Part shown: positions 11,459 to 27,439 of the stretch, piece after piece
Position numbering within the stretch: position 1 is the first letter of the stretch
Layout of the letters: the number at the start of each line of letters is the position of its first letter
Assembly (NCBI GenBank): GCA_964016885.1
Contig: OZ024745.1
Location: 45,632,001 to 45,696,000, forward strand
DNA length: 64,000 nt
Direction of reading: 5' to 3'
Source: Eledone cirrhosa
Lineage: Eukaryota
The notes under the pieces: generated by a model
Database searches by the model: none
What the model was told of the DNA's origin: nothing
Seen by the model: only the letters and a program-made list of their open reading frames with translations
Made by a program: the position numbers and the translations under genes

Positions 11459-14193
11459 GAATGTATGTATAGTATATTTGGCAATATACCGTATGTTTAA
11501 TTAAAAACATTTAGAAGACCATACGCTATCAGTTTTAAAGTAGTGACTATGCCGCTTACTTATTTTCGGCGAAAGAAGGGAGAGAAGCTGACAGTCTGTT
11601 TCACGTTGGTTGGCGTTTATCAGAGCCACGTTCTCCTCTGCTTTCGCCGAAAATTATAGAAGCTGGATTCTTATAGAATCCAGTATATAGTAATAATCAG
11701 GAGCTGATTATACAGAGCGATTTCCGGTCCAGCAAAAATTAGGTATTAGGATTGGTGCTCTGAGATGTCAGTTTGAGAATCGCCACAGACAGACGAATGC
11801 GAGAAAGTTCTCCAACCCAAGTTAACCAGGAATCTCAAAAATTCTTCCCACCGAAGTTAACAAAGAACTTACTGGATCTACCAACTCATAATATTATAAT
11901 ATTATAAAATTAAATCCAAAAAATGTTTAACACTACAAGTGAAGTCATTCTTTTCCTTTTTTTTCAAATATATATATATATATATATATACATATATATA
12001 TTGCATTTTTATGCGTGCCTTTGTTTTGCATAATGACAGCATGTGTAGTCTATTCATATATCTCTCGTGATTTAGAGTTGAAACAAATTATGATCATAAA
12101 GAGATTAGTATTTAAAGAGAACATTGCTTTTCGATATTTTTAATAAATATTTTTACTCTTCATTTATTTCGAAACGACTGACCTGATTCGAGGACTGTTT
12201 TAAACATCAACTTATTATTGTAATCTTAATACTTAGCATTGTGTTGGCCTCACTTGAAAATATAAATAAGTACTGATTGATTTTGAAATTGGCACAATGT
12301 TTTTTCTAGTCGAGATATAAGTGTTAATTGAAACACTGTCACAAAAAGTGGTTATCTAGAACGTATTCCCTGCTTTTCAAATATCAATATGTTTAGTTTC
12401 AACTAGGTTTATATCTTATATTATAGTAGCTTTGTTTTTATAATGATCGTGGAAATGAGAAATTTTCATGTTCATGACTTTTCCAATAGTGTTGTTAGTA
12501 CAGTATTCGAGAAGGGTTTTCAGCTAGAAGTAAATCTTAAACATAATCTTTTTAGTGCTTTCATTTGAGCTATTAGAAACCTTCCTCACCAAAATGTGAA
12601 ATGGGAGCTTCTACACCGGGAGAGAGGTGACATGTTAGATATACATTATTGTCAAAACTGAGGATGAGGGAAGAAAAGAATCTCAGTCGAAATATAAATG
12701 TCTTCCCTTAGAACCATAAAGCTGATATATGTAATATTGTGGATTCCACTGATTGAGGTCTTCAATTTCAGGATAATTCATATCAACAGCTCCAGTCCAC
12801 AGACACCCGCACCAATATATAGGATCAAAGGCCATAACTTGAAATATTGGTGATGATATTAGGCGAGTCGTTGTGAACACTGAGATGATTAAAATACATG
12901 CCGAGTGCAATCTTCATGAGCAAGAGAATCATTGTGCATGTGTGGGAAGTGGGTTTACTCAGTTTATGTTTTACATTTTTAATTTAATACGTGGTTTTAA
13001 TTATTAAGCGGAATTGTTGTGGAATACGACTGGGATAGCGCGAGTATTTATACCTATTAACGTGTTCCGTACATTTAGTTCTGTCTTAAGTAATAATCTA
13101 ACCGATCTATAGTGTTTCCGTTCTAATATTTTGTTTTATTTGTGTTTGTTGAACACCGTCTAACTACTTGTATGTCATGTGTATGGGTGGGAGCAGAGAG
13201 ATCCTATCCATATACCAGCATATAATACAAAAATGCCTAAACATCTTTGACAACAACTTCAGTCGTCACGTACCAAAATGTCATTGTATACATCAATAGA
13301 ATATTCAATCTGTCACAGACGCCAGATAACAGAGAAGAAGACCTCCCAGGCTTAATTAACGACGCTACCAAACCACCCAAGAATAGGTCGGCTGACGCTG
13401 AAATGTTTTTAAATTAATGAAAAAGAAAGACGTTATCACATATACATCCTCTTTTTATTACATCATCCTGCTATTCACATTTCAAAGACATTAAAGTGGT
13501 TGCGTAATAATCATCTTACAGGTATTTAGGTGTAATTTTGTTTGTTTTTGATATGCTCGCCATAGTATGCAACTGGATGTTGTCAGTCCGGCTATATGTT
13601 CGTTTGTGGTCTATATGGATCGTTACTAGACCAAACAAATATAAGTTGGAGCATTATTACAGCATCACTTAAAACCACTAACTGAATGTGTCCAATATGA
13701 CGTCATTTCTATGAATTGAGTGTTTCCTGTCACCATTACAAAACTATCATTCCAAAATGTATATTTTCTGATCGGTATTTTAATTACTTTGTGTGCGTTC
13801 TATTCAAAAGTACGATTGTAAAAACGAAATCAAATTTAATGACATTGAACATATTGACTTTAAAAAGAAAAGAAAAGAAAAGAAAATGAAGCAGTTAATT
13901 CTATAAACGGAAAGCTGAAATATTTTCTTTTGACATGCAACTTTCCAGATATGTTGTGACTTGTTTGTAAGTAAAAATATTACAACGATTAATGAAGAAG
14001 TTTATAATGGTATAAGCATAGTTATGCATCCTGAAAGTATAATGAATATAACAGATGAATTATTTATTTCTCCCATTAGTAAAACAAAGTCACACGTGAA
14101 ATGCAAACGTTTGCTATTTGTATCTTCGTGATGAAATTCATTAATCTCGAGGTAAATATAGATAGAACTTCTGGTTATCATGTCTTTTGTAAG

Positions 14194-14370
14194 ATTGGCA
14201 GTATCGGTAGAGTCGGACGCCATGCATTCTAGCATAGTTACGTCCCTTTACGGTCTGAGTTCAAATCCCGCCGAGGTTAACTTTGCCTTACATCCTTACG
14301 GGGTCGATAAAATAAAGTACCAGTAATGTACTGGGTAATTTGCTGGCCTTGTGCTAAAAGTAGAAACAAT
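14194..14370 (+). mobile_element. OK/Nin-type SINE
   Basis: Matches 2513-2695. Confidence 0.8.
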
Positions 14371-14664
14371 TATTAATCAAAAGAAGGAAGGCGGCCAGAA
14401 ATAGGAGGTACAGAAATGTAGCTTTGCATTTGGTTTGCTGGTGGCATCAGTTCAATTCTGGTGTGTTAGTGTTTGATTGTTTACTTTATACTTTAAAAGA
14501 AATTGCATACATATAGTTAAAACATTATGGTTTCATTATGGCCGGCAAGGATAAATACTTAATCTGTTTGGCCTATTATAATTACATTTACTAGACACTT
14601 ACTTCTTCCACACCCACCAAGTTTATTTTTATGGCAAATGTATGCTATAAAAGACTGAAGTCTA

Positions 14665-14895
14665 GAGCCCGGATGTTCCTCAGGATACTGCTTATCCCAG
14701 TTTCCGTGGTGTTAAGCGACTGAGACGACAGCCCATGGCAGGTTTAAATACCCCAGCTATTGATAATACTAATATTCAGCTGAATATAATGGAGCAACGT
14801 GAAATGAAGTATTTTACTCAAGATCACAACACACTACCCACTTCAGGAATCGAAGCCACGACATTATAAGTCCAACAGTTTACTACCACGTAGGC
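14665..14895 (-). mobile_element. Second tRNA-derived SINE family
   Basis: Reverse complement related to 31685-31915 and 63710-63950 (gttcgattcc B box, cagctgaa core). Confidence 0.55.
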
Positions 14896-15942
14896 TACAC
14901 AAAAATAATTCTATTAAAAATGCCTAACTTAGAATATATTATAGTAACGTAATAGTAACTACGAATAAAATACGAGGACCAAAATTATTTTATATTTGGT
15001 ATTATATCTAGTATCAACTAGTCACAGTTCAAAACCATTTATCAACAAATTAGTTAAACTTCCTTTCAGCATAAATCTACAACGATGGCTTTAACTGATG
15101 CATCATAAACTTAGGCTTTGCAGCAATACTTCGGCTGGGTCCGGTTAGATATTATGTTCTCAAACATATTCGGGGTGGGGAGGGGAGGTGGGCACATTCT
15201 TTACTTAATACCATTTTAACTTAATTAAAATTTGATTGGTTCATTCTTACATAAGCTTTAATGAAGCCGGTGTACACCATGTTTTTCATGTTTTGTCTTT
15301 GTTTTTCCCTTGACTTATTTACATGGCAGCATTAATTGATAACAAAATAAACACTAGCAAAGACAAGAGACAATAGTAATGCAATGAAGCAAAACTCAAC
15401 AATTTCAAATATAAAAAACTGCTAAGTAAAGTATAGAGTTAATTAAAGCTAAATCCAATTAAATGTCTTTAATATGTTTTTGCACCTGGCGGGATATATA
15501 TGTACACAGGGAAGGCTTACTTGAAAACATTCACATTTCCTATGTCTGTAATATATACAAATAAAATTCTAATACTATTACGCCCTTCTTTCTTTTACTT
15601 TTTTTTAACAAACTTCCTTTCTTCTTCATTGTCTCTTTGGCATTTTCTTTTGTTTTCTTTCTTCCGTTATACACATATCAAGTATATTGATATACTTGAT
15701 ATGTGCTATATACTCACACACCCAAACCTAAACAGATTTATATATAAAGGTATATGTATGTATGTATGTATGTATGTATGGATGGATGGATGGATGTATG
15801 TATGGATGGACGGATGTATATATATATATGTATGCATGGATGGATGGAGGGATGTGTATATGTATAGATGGATGGATAGATGAATGCATGCATGTACGGC
15901 TGGCTGGTTAGATGCATGGATCGGTGAATGTATGTATATGTG

Positions 15943-16040
<98 letters not shown>

Positions 16041-17036
16041 GCTGGCTGGAAGGGAGTGTGTATGTGTGAGCCAACTATTCATATGATAGGTTAAATATCT
16101 AGTAGTTGATTAAAAAATATTGTAACATTTATAATCATTTCTATTTCAGAGTGTTTTAATGAGATCTTAAAAATCTCAATGACACCACGAGGAAACTCGT
16201 TTCCACTTTGTTATATTGATTAACAAATTAATTGCAGTCTTGTGATATTTGTATTTTGTTCAATTGTCTTCATATAACGTTGTTCAAATCTTAATATTTC
16301 AATTTATTGATACCACCAGTACTGGCAGATAGGACGAATGTCCTTTACCATAAACTTTGGTCGATTCATATCAGGTGACTGAAGATGGGTAGACGGAAAA
16401 TGTTTGTAAGTTCGTCGGATGGACTATACCTATAATTCAAAAGACCAGCCTTTTCACAGTATCACGCAAAATCTCTCTGTGGGATGTTTAACCACTTCCA
16501 TGTTAATTTTGTAAGCAGACTGTTCTGTTGATCGAATAACTGGAAGACTCATCATCGAAACCGGCGGATTTCCATTCCATGAGTGCTATATGTAAAGATG
16601 TGTTAGAGCATATTTCAGGTTTTGGAAACATGTAAATGTTGAGAGACATGTCTTTACGCATTGTAATTAAGCAAATTGAACACTCGTTCACTCTGTAGAT
16701 GACTCCGAACACACTACTGCAAACTATCGAGATAATCAACTGTTACATGATCTTTCGACTGTGCGCTATGAGCTGTACCTCACCAGGATGTATATTTTAT
16801 AATTATGGACCATTGGTCGACCATCAGTTGCGACAACAACAAGCAGTCGTTTGGCCAGTAATCTGATAGCTTACAGATGCAGCCAACTAAAACCCATTAG
16901 ATTTATCATTACATCAGAGAAATGTGATACTATTAAAATATTGCGGTGAAGTAGCACAATAAATCTATATCATTTATTTATATTAATCTTAAAACTAACC
17001 TTGGGAATGAAACGCTCTCTCGCTCACACACACACT

Positions 17037-17175
<139 letters not shown>

Positions 17176-17564
17176 GTGCTAAGGTGTGTCGGTCTACCGA
17201 GTTAGAATTACAAGTTATAGTAAACGGCAATAGTCTAGGCAGCCCGCAGCAGTACGTAACCCAGATCCAAATGTTTCCAAAGCGAGCTCCTTAGCCAGAC
17301 AGCTCTGCCTAGATATGCATATGCGACTGCATGCGTGTGTGTGATCTCCAAGGTTAGGCTGAAGATTAAGAGAAACAAATTCAGTAGCTATTGTGTCGTT
17401 TCATCGCAATATTTTAATAGTACAAGATTTGTGTAATCTAATGTGTTCTGACCGGTTGCATTTGTAGGATATCTGTTTACTGATATTTGAATGCATACAT
17501 ACATACGTACACACATACAAACACACACACGCGCACACATATAGATATATACGTACACACACAA

Positions 17565-17611
<47 letters not shown>

Positions 17612-17623
17612 TATATATATATG

Positions 17624-17700
<77 letters not shown>

Positions 17701-17716
17701 TATTGGTGTGCAATAC

Positions 17717-17945
17717 AGGGTCGATAAAATAAAGCAAAAGTAACGCTCTGGGCTCGATTTAATCGACTTTCCCCTCCCCCAAAATGTGTGGCCTTGTACC
17801 TAAATCAGAAACCATTATTATTATCCATTCTGAGTTCAAATCCTGCCAAGGTTAACTTTGCCTTTCATCCTTACGGGGTCGATAAAATAAAGTACCAGTA
17901 ATGCACTGGGTATTTGCTGGCCTTGTGCCAAAAGTAGAAACAATT
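17717..17945 (+). mobile_element. Two 5'-truncated OK/Nin-type SINEs
   Basis: gggtcgataaaataaag core present twice. Confidence 0.75.
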
Positions 17946-18611
17946 ATTATTATTATTGTTGTTTTTTTCATTTAACTTTATCATTTGTCCTTCTTCTCTT
18001 CTGCCTTCATTTGTGTGTGTGTATATGTCACCGTGTCTCTATCCGTTCCTTCTCTATGTTTTTTTAATACAATCATTCGGACTCACTTGACCTAGCTTCC
18101 ATTTCTCTGTCCCACATTTCATTTGACATCGATGTTACCTCGACTTTGCTCTCTTTTACACTTGACCCTTTTCCTCGTTATTTATCTCAATCATCACTCA
18201 CACTTTACTATAAACTCTCTATCTCCTACTTGATGGTCCACTTTATTCCAACTTAGGCACCAATACTTGTATATATTCTTTATGGCAGATGAAGGGCAAG
18301 TAAGCAATTCTACCAAAAATCAACGAATTTTCTAGGTAAATCAATTAGTCTGAAATTGGATGTTTTTAATTTTAGAAAATTGTTTTCCACGCCTGCATAT
18401 CAAAATAACAAGTAGTATTCAAACTATATAAGGAAAAAATAAATAATAAAATTATGAATAATAATGAGGTAATGCTTTTTATCTCAACTTATAATCACAA
18501 TTTTGCACGTTCCAATAACTCCAAGTACAAACTGATATTTTTTAAATGTTTAATTGCTTCCTTTACGCCCAGTATTACTTTTTGAATTTGGTAAACTCTG
18601 TTCCTTCTCAT

Positions 18612-18720
18612 ATTTCCTGAGGAAATGCAGTTGCATTGTGGTAATAATTGCTAACTAATTATTTTCGATTGTTTTCATAAGCATGTACTATAGTAACCGT
18701 ATTGAAATGGGCGTAGAAAT
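18612..18720 (+). ncRNA. Putative type I hammerhead with extended stem II
   Basis: ATTTC-CTGAGGA-AATGC...GTATT-GAAA-TGGGCG-TA-GAAAT; stem II continues GTTGC/GTAAC and TGTGGTA/TACTATA with G-U pairs. Confidence 0.5.
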
Positions 18721-19731
18721 TAAAGTATGAATTTAAGTTCTTAACCTTGGTCTTTTGTCATTTTCAATGTTAATGCCTGGACTGTCCTCAGCAACAAGAA
18801 CTTTCATTTTCGAAGACGTATTTGTCTGTTTTAAACTCCTTATGAGCTGAGGATTTTAGCGTGCATAGAGCTTCTCTTCCCTTAACAAACCTAATAGTGG
18901 AGTAGTCCACTATGAGGGAATACAAACTGTTTTAAATACATACTAGACTAGTATTCTTCTTGTTTCTATTATTATAATTATTATCAATAATTTTATGTGT
19001 TTGAAAAAAAGCTTTGCATGAAAATAATTGTGAGAATTAAACTATGTAAGATTTATTTTCTGTCACCAACGCCGAATATTCAAACGATTAATGAAAAGAA
19101 GCAGGGTGATTATCTATAAGGAATATATTCTTTTACACATCATGATGTGAGAATTCATCGAGATTTGATTGATTGCAAAAATGAAACTGACAGAACAAGT
19201 CACACATTTAACTATGTAATTCTTATATCCATATCACGTATTTTGTAGATATATTCCCATGCAAAACTACGTGGAATTTGTATGTCTGCAGTATCATATG
19301 TGCAAATCGCACAGGAACAGATCTGTTAATGCAGTTTCACTTTCAATATGTAGCCATCTTTCAGTACACTGCCTTCATGTTTATGTTTACCATAATGAAT
19401 TTGTCATACCCTAAATTTAATCCCATATTGCGAAAATGATTTAGTTATATAACAACACGAAAACTGCATTAACAATAGCCATTTTCTTCGGCTTTATGTG
19501 TTTTACACATATGACACTCATGGCATGCACATAGATAATTTTACAAAGATCAATTTGTCACATGTTAACATACGACATTTGAATATAGGATCGTATGGCG
19601 TACATTCCAATGAATCTTTGCAGGCAATCAAATTATGATAACTGATCTTATTTCGATGTGTTTTGAATGTTTTTGCTTATATATTCTCATACCATTCATT
19701 TAATAATTGTGCTCTACTTTCTAAACACATC

Positions 19732-19833
<102 letters not shown>

Positions 19834-19904
19834 GCATACGTACAGGCATACATACATACATACATACATACATACATACATACATACATACATTATATGA
19901 TGAG

Positions 19905-20270
19905 AGCTGCCCCCTCGTTATCGAGTATGGCCATTGCACAATATACCATTATTATTAATTATTAATTAATTCTATCGTGCAATGCCTGTGAATGAAGATA
20001 TTTTTTAAAGTGAGGAAAGACTGTGCACTGAGCCAATCCCACTCTCAGCGACAGTAGCTATAACCCGAAAAGAAGAAAAGATCAACGTCATCGGTAACTA
20101 CTGAACCGCAGGTTATATATCGGAGTTATCCCAGTTTCTTGAGTTGCCTTCTCCTAGAAGAATGCCCTGACAAAGGCTAGGGATCCTTCACTCCCAGTGG
20201 TTTAACCGCGCGATCGGGTGACCAGCCCGACTATTTCTATGTCTCCGCGCATATACATACACATGCACCC
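19905..20270. repeat. Unclassified ~360-bp dispersed repeat (copy at 38917-39265)
   Basis: gctgccccctcgttatcgagtatggccattgcac...ccgcgcatatac shared by both loci; both CATA-adjacent. Confidence 0.7.
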
Positions 20271-20349
20271 ATGTATATACACATATACATACATATGTAC
20301 ATAAACAAAGATTAATAAGTCTAGGTCTTCATATTCTTATCTTCAGGAT

Positions 20350-21500
20350 GAAGTAAATTTGGCGTTTGTTACTTTCTCTTTACTGCAATATAAGCCAACG
20401 TAATTGGTGTAGATATTAACCTTGTAATTTTAATTTCGACCATATGATTTGTCATCCGCTTTGGGCTGAATTTTGTTGGTGACCACATGCTATCTGTTCT
20501 TTTATTTCAACTCATTGTGCTATGTCATGAGTATTGCTTCAACCATTAATATTGTGAAGAACTGGGAAAAGCGTAGATTCAATGTCTCATTTTGTTTTGT
20601 GTCCAATGATGTTACTCGTATTGTACCTGCACACTGTGCCAGCTGGAAAGAGATGTACTTGTCTTTCCAATGTAACAGATAGAATCAAGATGCTTACAAC
20701 TTTAAGATTTTCAGTGCAATTTATGAATCACATGGATCATTAATAGATTGTTTGCAGGTTTAAATACTTTTCATTTTTTATTTTTAAGGAGGTTTGTACC
20801 TTTATTGTTTTGTAGTATAATCTGAGAGCTGATAGTCTGGTACCTATGCTTATTCCGTACTGTATTATAAGGACTTTGATAATGTATTCTGCTGTCAGCA
20901 TTCATTTGAATTCAGATATTCAGATAATACACTCTATGTGTGGTTTGTTTATATCTAATAAGAGTTTTCTCTTCTGTATTTATGTCTCTATTGTACCATG
21001 TGGTGAACTGTTACTTTGTTACAATACATATTGTTTCTAATATTCTCTGGATATCTTTATCTAGTGCGTAGTTTGCGTGAGAAAATATAAATGGTCTTCA
21101 AATGATGGATTTTATCACTGCAAGTTTGTATTTATAAGTACATTAACTGCCTCAATATAATTATATTAATCTATATGTGTTTTCGGAGTATGTATAAAAA
21201 TGCAGCTATCGTATCTCTCGTAATCTTATTTGTACTCCTTTAGATGTTGAATTTTAGTTTAGATTTATTGGGTAGGTATTCATGTAATTTCTAATGAATG
21301 ACTTCCATTGTGTCCATTACGTCATATATAACATTCGCAATCCTGCTGTATATTGTATAATTTTCGTGGTAACATTTGTTGTCATTTAGATTGCCATAAA
21401 CGTGGATAATGCGGAGAATACCATGGATAATCCATTTTTTTCGTATATAACTTGCCTTGCTTTTAATATCTCCAGTGTGTTAGTCACTATAAGCGAAGAG
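20350..21500 (-). mobile_element. Highly decayed Penelope-like RT-EN remnant
   Basis: Reverse-strand fragments in the expected order: NGLSM...LSTFMAI (RT motif B), YIYDV (YxDD-like), AFLYIL, YKLAVIKSII (thumb), C...IIGHKTK (YIG-like); many stops. Confidence 0.5.
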
Positions 21501-21748
21501 ACAACATGCATTCAACACTAACAAGAAAATACACCTGAGAGTTGACTGAAAGATAACTCACAAAATTACCAGCGTTAATTTCACATGAAGGATATTAATT
21601 ATGGCTACTTTAAAAAGCAACAACACACACTAGCATAATTTTGTTATAAAGATGAGCCTGTGAAGGTCTAGAAATTTTGTTGAATATAGAAATTATTTTC
21701 TATATAAGTATATTATAAATATGAACTTGAATAAAAAGGTATTCGGTA

Positions 21749-21785
<37 letters not shown>

Positions 21786-21929
21786 TGTTATGCTTTGGGA
21801 GGGTCATGTTGCCAATAAGAAACACACGCACCAGTTGATTTCCACTTCAATCTATTATAAATTAAATTTATAAATTTAGGAATTTATAAATTTCGGTTGG
21901 TTCCACAACCAGATGATTGTTCATATATT

Positions 21930-21972
21930 GTCAAAGTTCTTTCGTCACACATTCTGTGACCTCTTCAGTGAC
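21930..21972 (-). ncRNA. Minimal hammerhead ribozyme (left arm)
   Basis: GTCA-CTGAAGA-GGTCAC..GTGAC-GAAA-GAAC-TT-TGAC. Confidence 0.75.
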
Positions 21973-22112
21973 TGGGGATTCTATTCTTTGTTTATGTGCC
22001 TCTCCTTTGTTCTGTCCTACGCCATCTTGTTTTTCTGTTAAGTATTACACAAAAACAAGATGGCGTAGGACAGAACAAAGGAGAGGCACATAAACAAAGA
22101 ATAGAATCCCCA

Positions 22113-22155
22113 GTCACTGAAGAGGTCACAGAATGTGTGACGAAAGAACTTTGAC
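22113..22155 (+). ncRNA. Minimal hammerhead ribozyme (right arm)
   Basis: Same motif on the plus strand. Confidence 0.75.
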
Positions 22156-22481
22156 AATATATGAACAATCATCTGGTTGTGGAACCAACCAACCAACCGG
22201 AAATTTATAAATTCCTGAATTTATAAATTTAATTTATAATAAATTGAAGTGAAAGCAACTGGTGCGTGTGTTTCTTATTGGCAACATGACCCTCCCAAAG
22301 TATAACAATATCGGTTTCAACACACGTTTTCAGAGAAAGAATCTTGCTAAACAAATTCAGAAACGAAATATATATATATATATATATATATATAGTAATA
22401 ATAAATGTGACGACTAAAATCGGAAGAGGGCTCGATCAGATGCCATTAGGGATGAAATCACCGATTCTTTTTAATCTGTGT

Positions 22482-22637
<156 letters not shown>

Positions 22638-22904
22638 TATTAATATATATGGAGTAAAATGTGAGTATCCCAACTCTTTCTTTAGTCAACTCTTGGATTT
22701 TTGCTTATCTGATTGTTATCCACCTTGTTGTTCTATATGAATCAATATGTTGTGCTCCGTAGCATATTTCTCAAGCACGTGACTTAGCTTACGTTGAGAA
22801 GTTTATGTATTTATGTGTGTATGTATGTACATGTGTATGTATGTACATGTATATATATATATATATATACACACACACATATATATACATTATATATATA
22901 TATA

Positions 22905-22966
<62 letters not shown>

Positions 22967-23015
22967 TATTATGGAATACTGTTGGCTTTTTGCTACAATG
23001 TTTTCTATACCTTTC

Positions 23016-23055
<40 letters not shown>

Positions 23056-23324
23056 CCTGGGTATATATATGTATATATATATATACCATGCAGCTTGAAA
23101 CCTTACATCATATATGCAGATATGATGCTAAGTATTACAGTAATTAAATAAATAAAGACATTGACAATCAAAGACTCCATGTGTGTGTAGAGTCCAACAT
23201 TTATTATATAGTGTCGACAGCATCTACAAAGTTTTGAACATGATGTTTGTGTATATATTTTCTATAGAGATGCATTTATACATATTCATATACCAACCTA
23301 CACACAAACACACTTACACACACA

Positions 23325-23728
<404 letters not shown>

Positions 23729-24007
23729 ACAGGGTTAAAGTTATTTCAACTTCTGTACAAAATTATCCGCCTCATCGACAAATCCGTGTGGTACTATATG
23801 GTGGAGGCAATGAAAATCACGTGATAAAAGCGAGGCTTCAACACAGGAATTTGCTCATTCCATTACATTGACGTGACTTTAGCATTAAGGCAAATGGTTC
23901 GGTGGGGAGAAAGACAATGAAAATGCTAGCTTTAAAAGATAGAAATATAAGCTGGTGACACAATGAGATGGAAATACCTTGTATTAACAATACATAAATT
24001 AATAACT

Positions 24008-24189
24008 GTTTCTACTGGCACAAGGCCAGAAATTACCCAGTACATTACTAGTACTTTAATTTATCGACCCCGTAAGGATGAAAGGCAAAGTTAACCTCGG
24101 CGGGATTTGAACTCAGAATGGCAAGGGCCGTAACTCTATGCGTCAAAGCATGGCGTCCGACCCTCTACCGATACTGCCAATCCACCGCC
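24008..24189 (-). mobile_element. OK/Nin-type SINE
   Basis: Reverse complement of 2513-2695. Confidence 0.8.
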
Positions 24190-24433
24190 CATACATAAAT
24201 TAATAACATTAATAAGGAAGCATTGTTTTTCTTATTGTCTCTTATAATTATATATAATTTTGTCATAGTTGAATACCTGTTATATTCTTGGTTTCCTCCC
24301 TCTCTACCGCTTATTTGCGGAATCAGCAGCCTTCAGCTCTTTTCTCTCTCTTATGTATAATAGATTGATTATACATATACCAAATGTATGCACACATGTA
24401 TACACACATGCAAACCACACTGAAACACTCGCG

Positions 24434-24439
<6 letters not shown>

Positions 24440-24472
<33 letters not shown>

Positions 24473-24719
24473 TATGTACACGTACATACATATATGTATA
24501 CAGACGTACAGTAGTATGTATATATACATACATGCACACATATATATATGTACGTATGGATTCACCGAACATATATTATAATGCTCGGTGTGCATGTATG
24601 TATATATATATACATACTACTGTACGTCTGTATACATATATGTATGTACGTGTACATACTTATATTTAAGTAACAGCCGTACTAAGAGTGGGAAATGAAA
24701 TTTCGTTTCATTTTTTTCC

Positions 24720-24723
<4 letters not shown>
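24440..24723. mobile_element. Inverted, partial copy of the 4764/10696 family (no HHR)
   Basis: taagtatgtac...gaacat segment followed by its reverse complement and the terminus gtactaagagtgggaaatgaaatttcg. Confidence 0.6.
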
Positions 24724-24763
<40 letters not shown>

Positions 24764-25236
24764 CGAAATGTTACATAATGCAAATAATTTTGTGGCTGCC
24801 AAACACCAATGCAGCTTCAAATGTTTTTCCATTATTCAAACCCTTCAAAATGTTAATAAATTTATTATGATTTTTAAACAGATTTTATCCCGAAGCGTAA
24901 AGATTTTTATTCAACTAATTAATTCATTTGTTCATGTGATCAACATTTTCTGTTACATACATTTATTTTAAACAGATGTGAAGAAGACTGGGTTCGAATA
25001 TGGGACGAAAAAAAATCAATCTCATTTACTGTATGAATAGTAGGTAAAGAGAAGGCTGTGTTATGGTATTGGTGAATGCGATAAAATTATAGAAGGGATA
25101 GCAATAAGCTTTAGGCACAGTCAAAGTAATCGTGGTAGAGATTAGTGCTATATAGAGCCGTGGATTTACAAGTTGCTGTGATATTAACAGTGACAATTAG
25201 AATTGGAATGTTTTAGGCACAATGGACATAGAGGTG

Positions 25237-25321
<85 letters not shown>

Positions 25322-25342
25322 GTGTATATATATATTTATATA

Positions 25343-25415
<73 letters not shown>

Positions 25416-25476
25416 GTGTGTGTGTGTTTATATGAATATATATATATCAGTATATATATATACATATATATTTATA

Positions 25477-25514
<38 letters not shown>

Positions 25515-25521
25515 TATGTGC

Positions 25522-25599
<78 letters not shown>

Positions 25600-26396
25600 T
25601 GTTTGTTTTAGTGGTAGATTAAGTGTTAGCAATAATACTGATAGTGGTGGTGGTGGTGTTGGGCATGATATGGTTTGGGGGAACTGATGACAGCAGTTTG
25701 ATGAGGGTAATACATCCATACATTGGCGGTTCATATGTTCAATGAAAAGAACTACTGCACAGTCTCTGCATTTAATTTTCAATATACACCTATTATACAC
25801 ATTGGGAAATGAAATGACGGTAAAACATTTCCACGGAATTTAAATGTTTTTCTTCTTTTTTTATTCAGTACATATTTAAAAAAAAAACAACAACAAAAAA
25901 CGCATAAGGAAACAATCTTTGAAGAAGCAGTTAGCAAGATAGAATTTGCTTCCATTGCAATAATATTGTTGATTTGGTACACGCTGTTTAGAAATTTAGG
26001 TAGAATTTTCATATCAGATCTTTATTTTTACCATTTTTTCTCTGAATTACTTCCGTTATTCTTTTATTTATTTGTCTTTTACTTAAGCCTGAAAACTCAT
26101 AAGATGTTCAAGTGATGTCCGAAGATTTTGAAAATACATAGAACAGAAGAAGCACTGCTGAATCATGCATACATTTAAAGTCGAATTGGATCAAACATGT
26201 ACATATATTCACAAATACATAATCACTCGGTAAACGCACACTCATATATGTATGAATGCACATATATGCCCATACTCACACACACACCACATACACTTAC
26301 ACACACACATACCACACACACACACACACACACATCACACATACACACACGTGCGCGCACACACACACACACATCACACATACACACACGTGCGCG

Positions 26397-26429
<33 letters not shown>

Positions 26430-26935
26430 GTATGTATATATGTATATATACATGTACTATATGTTTATATACAATTAACAGATTTGTAGCCATGCTATCA
26501 AGGAAAAGTATTTTTTCGAGATGAAAAATATTTTTTCTTCTATATTTCTGTTTGAACCCGCCACAGAATGTCAGTAACAGTCAAGGATGACACACAGCGT
26601 TGTTTCAAGATACGTTAATCTTTGATTAGTGACATTTACTCAGCCGGTACTGTATGCATATGAACATCTCCAGCAAATGTTCATCGCGCAAAGTCGATAG
26701 TTGAGTGAATGTCATTGATTTAAGATTAACGAACCTTGAAACAGCGCTCTCTAGCATTTTCCAAAGTTATTGACACTCTCTAACGTTTTCACGGAGAAAA
26801 ATAAAGAAAAAATATTGTTTTCGTTACGAAAATTCTTTCTTTCTTTGACAGTCAGGCTATCTATATTTATTTTATACAACTATATAGCTTATGCCATCAT
26901 ATATGCCTCTATTATGAATAAACGCTGTCTTAGTG

Positions 26936-27025
<90 letters not shown>

Positions 27026-27273
27026 TTGAAGCTAGCCAATGCCATTCACGATTACTCGGAGTTTCTCTTTTGTAATCTCAAGGTGAGTAGCGCTTCAAAC
27101 GCACGCAGCCTTGAATAAATATTATTCCATTCTATTTAACAGTAATAGGTAGTTTCTTCCTCTTAATTATGGAAAAACTAGAATCTGATAAATACATACA
27201 ACCAGACAAACAATCATACATATATACATACATAAGGATATATGTATATTATATATACATATGAATATGTACA

Positions 27274-27332
<59 letters not shown>

Positions 27333-27388
27333 GACTATATAAATATGTACATATTCATATGTATATATAATATACATATATCCTTATG

Positions 27389-27439
<51 letters not shown>

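Larger units (their letters stand above)
21785..22367. mobile_element. Solo inverted pLTR pair (~250-bp arms) of the 40289-42620 PLE family
   Basis: 21785-22034 is the reverse complement of ~22051-22310; each arm has a full HHR; TA-flanked. Confidence 0.85.

Noticed and set aside
12683-12910. 75-aa minus-strand ORF
   Set aside because: No recognisable motif or splice context; probably a decayed element.
18286-18362. CAGATGA...GAAA possible degenerate hammerhead
   Set aside because: Stems pair poorly and the cleavage triplet is invalid.
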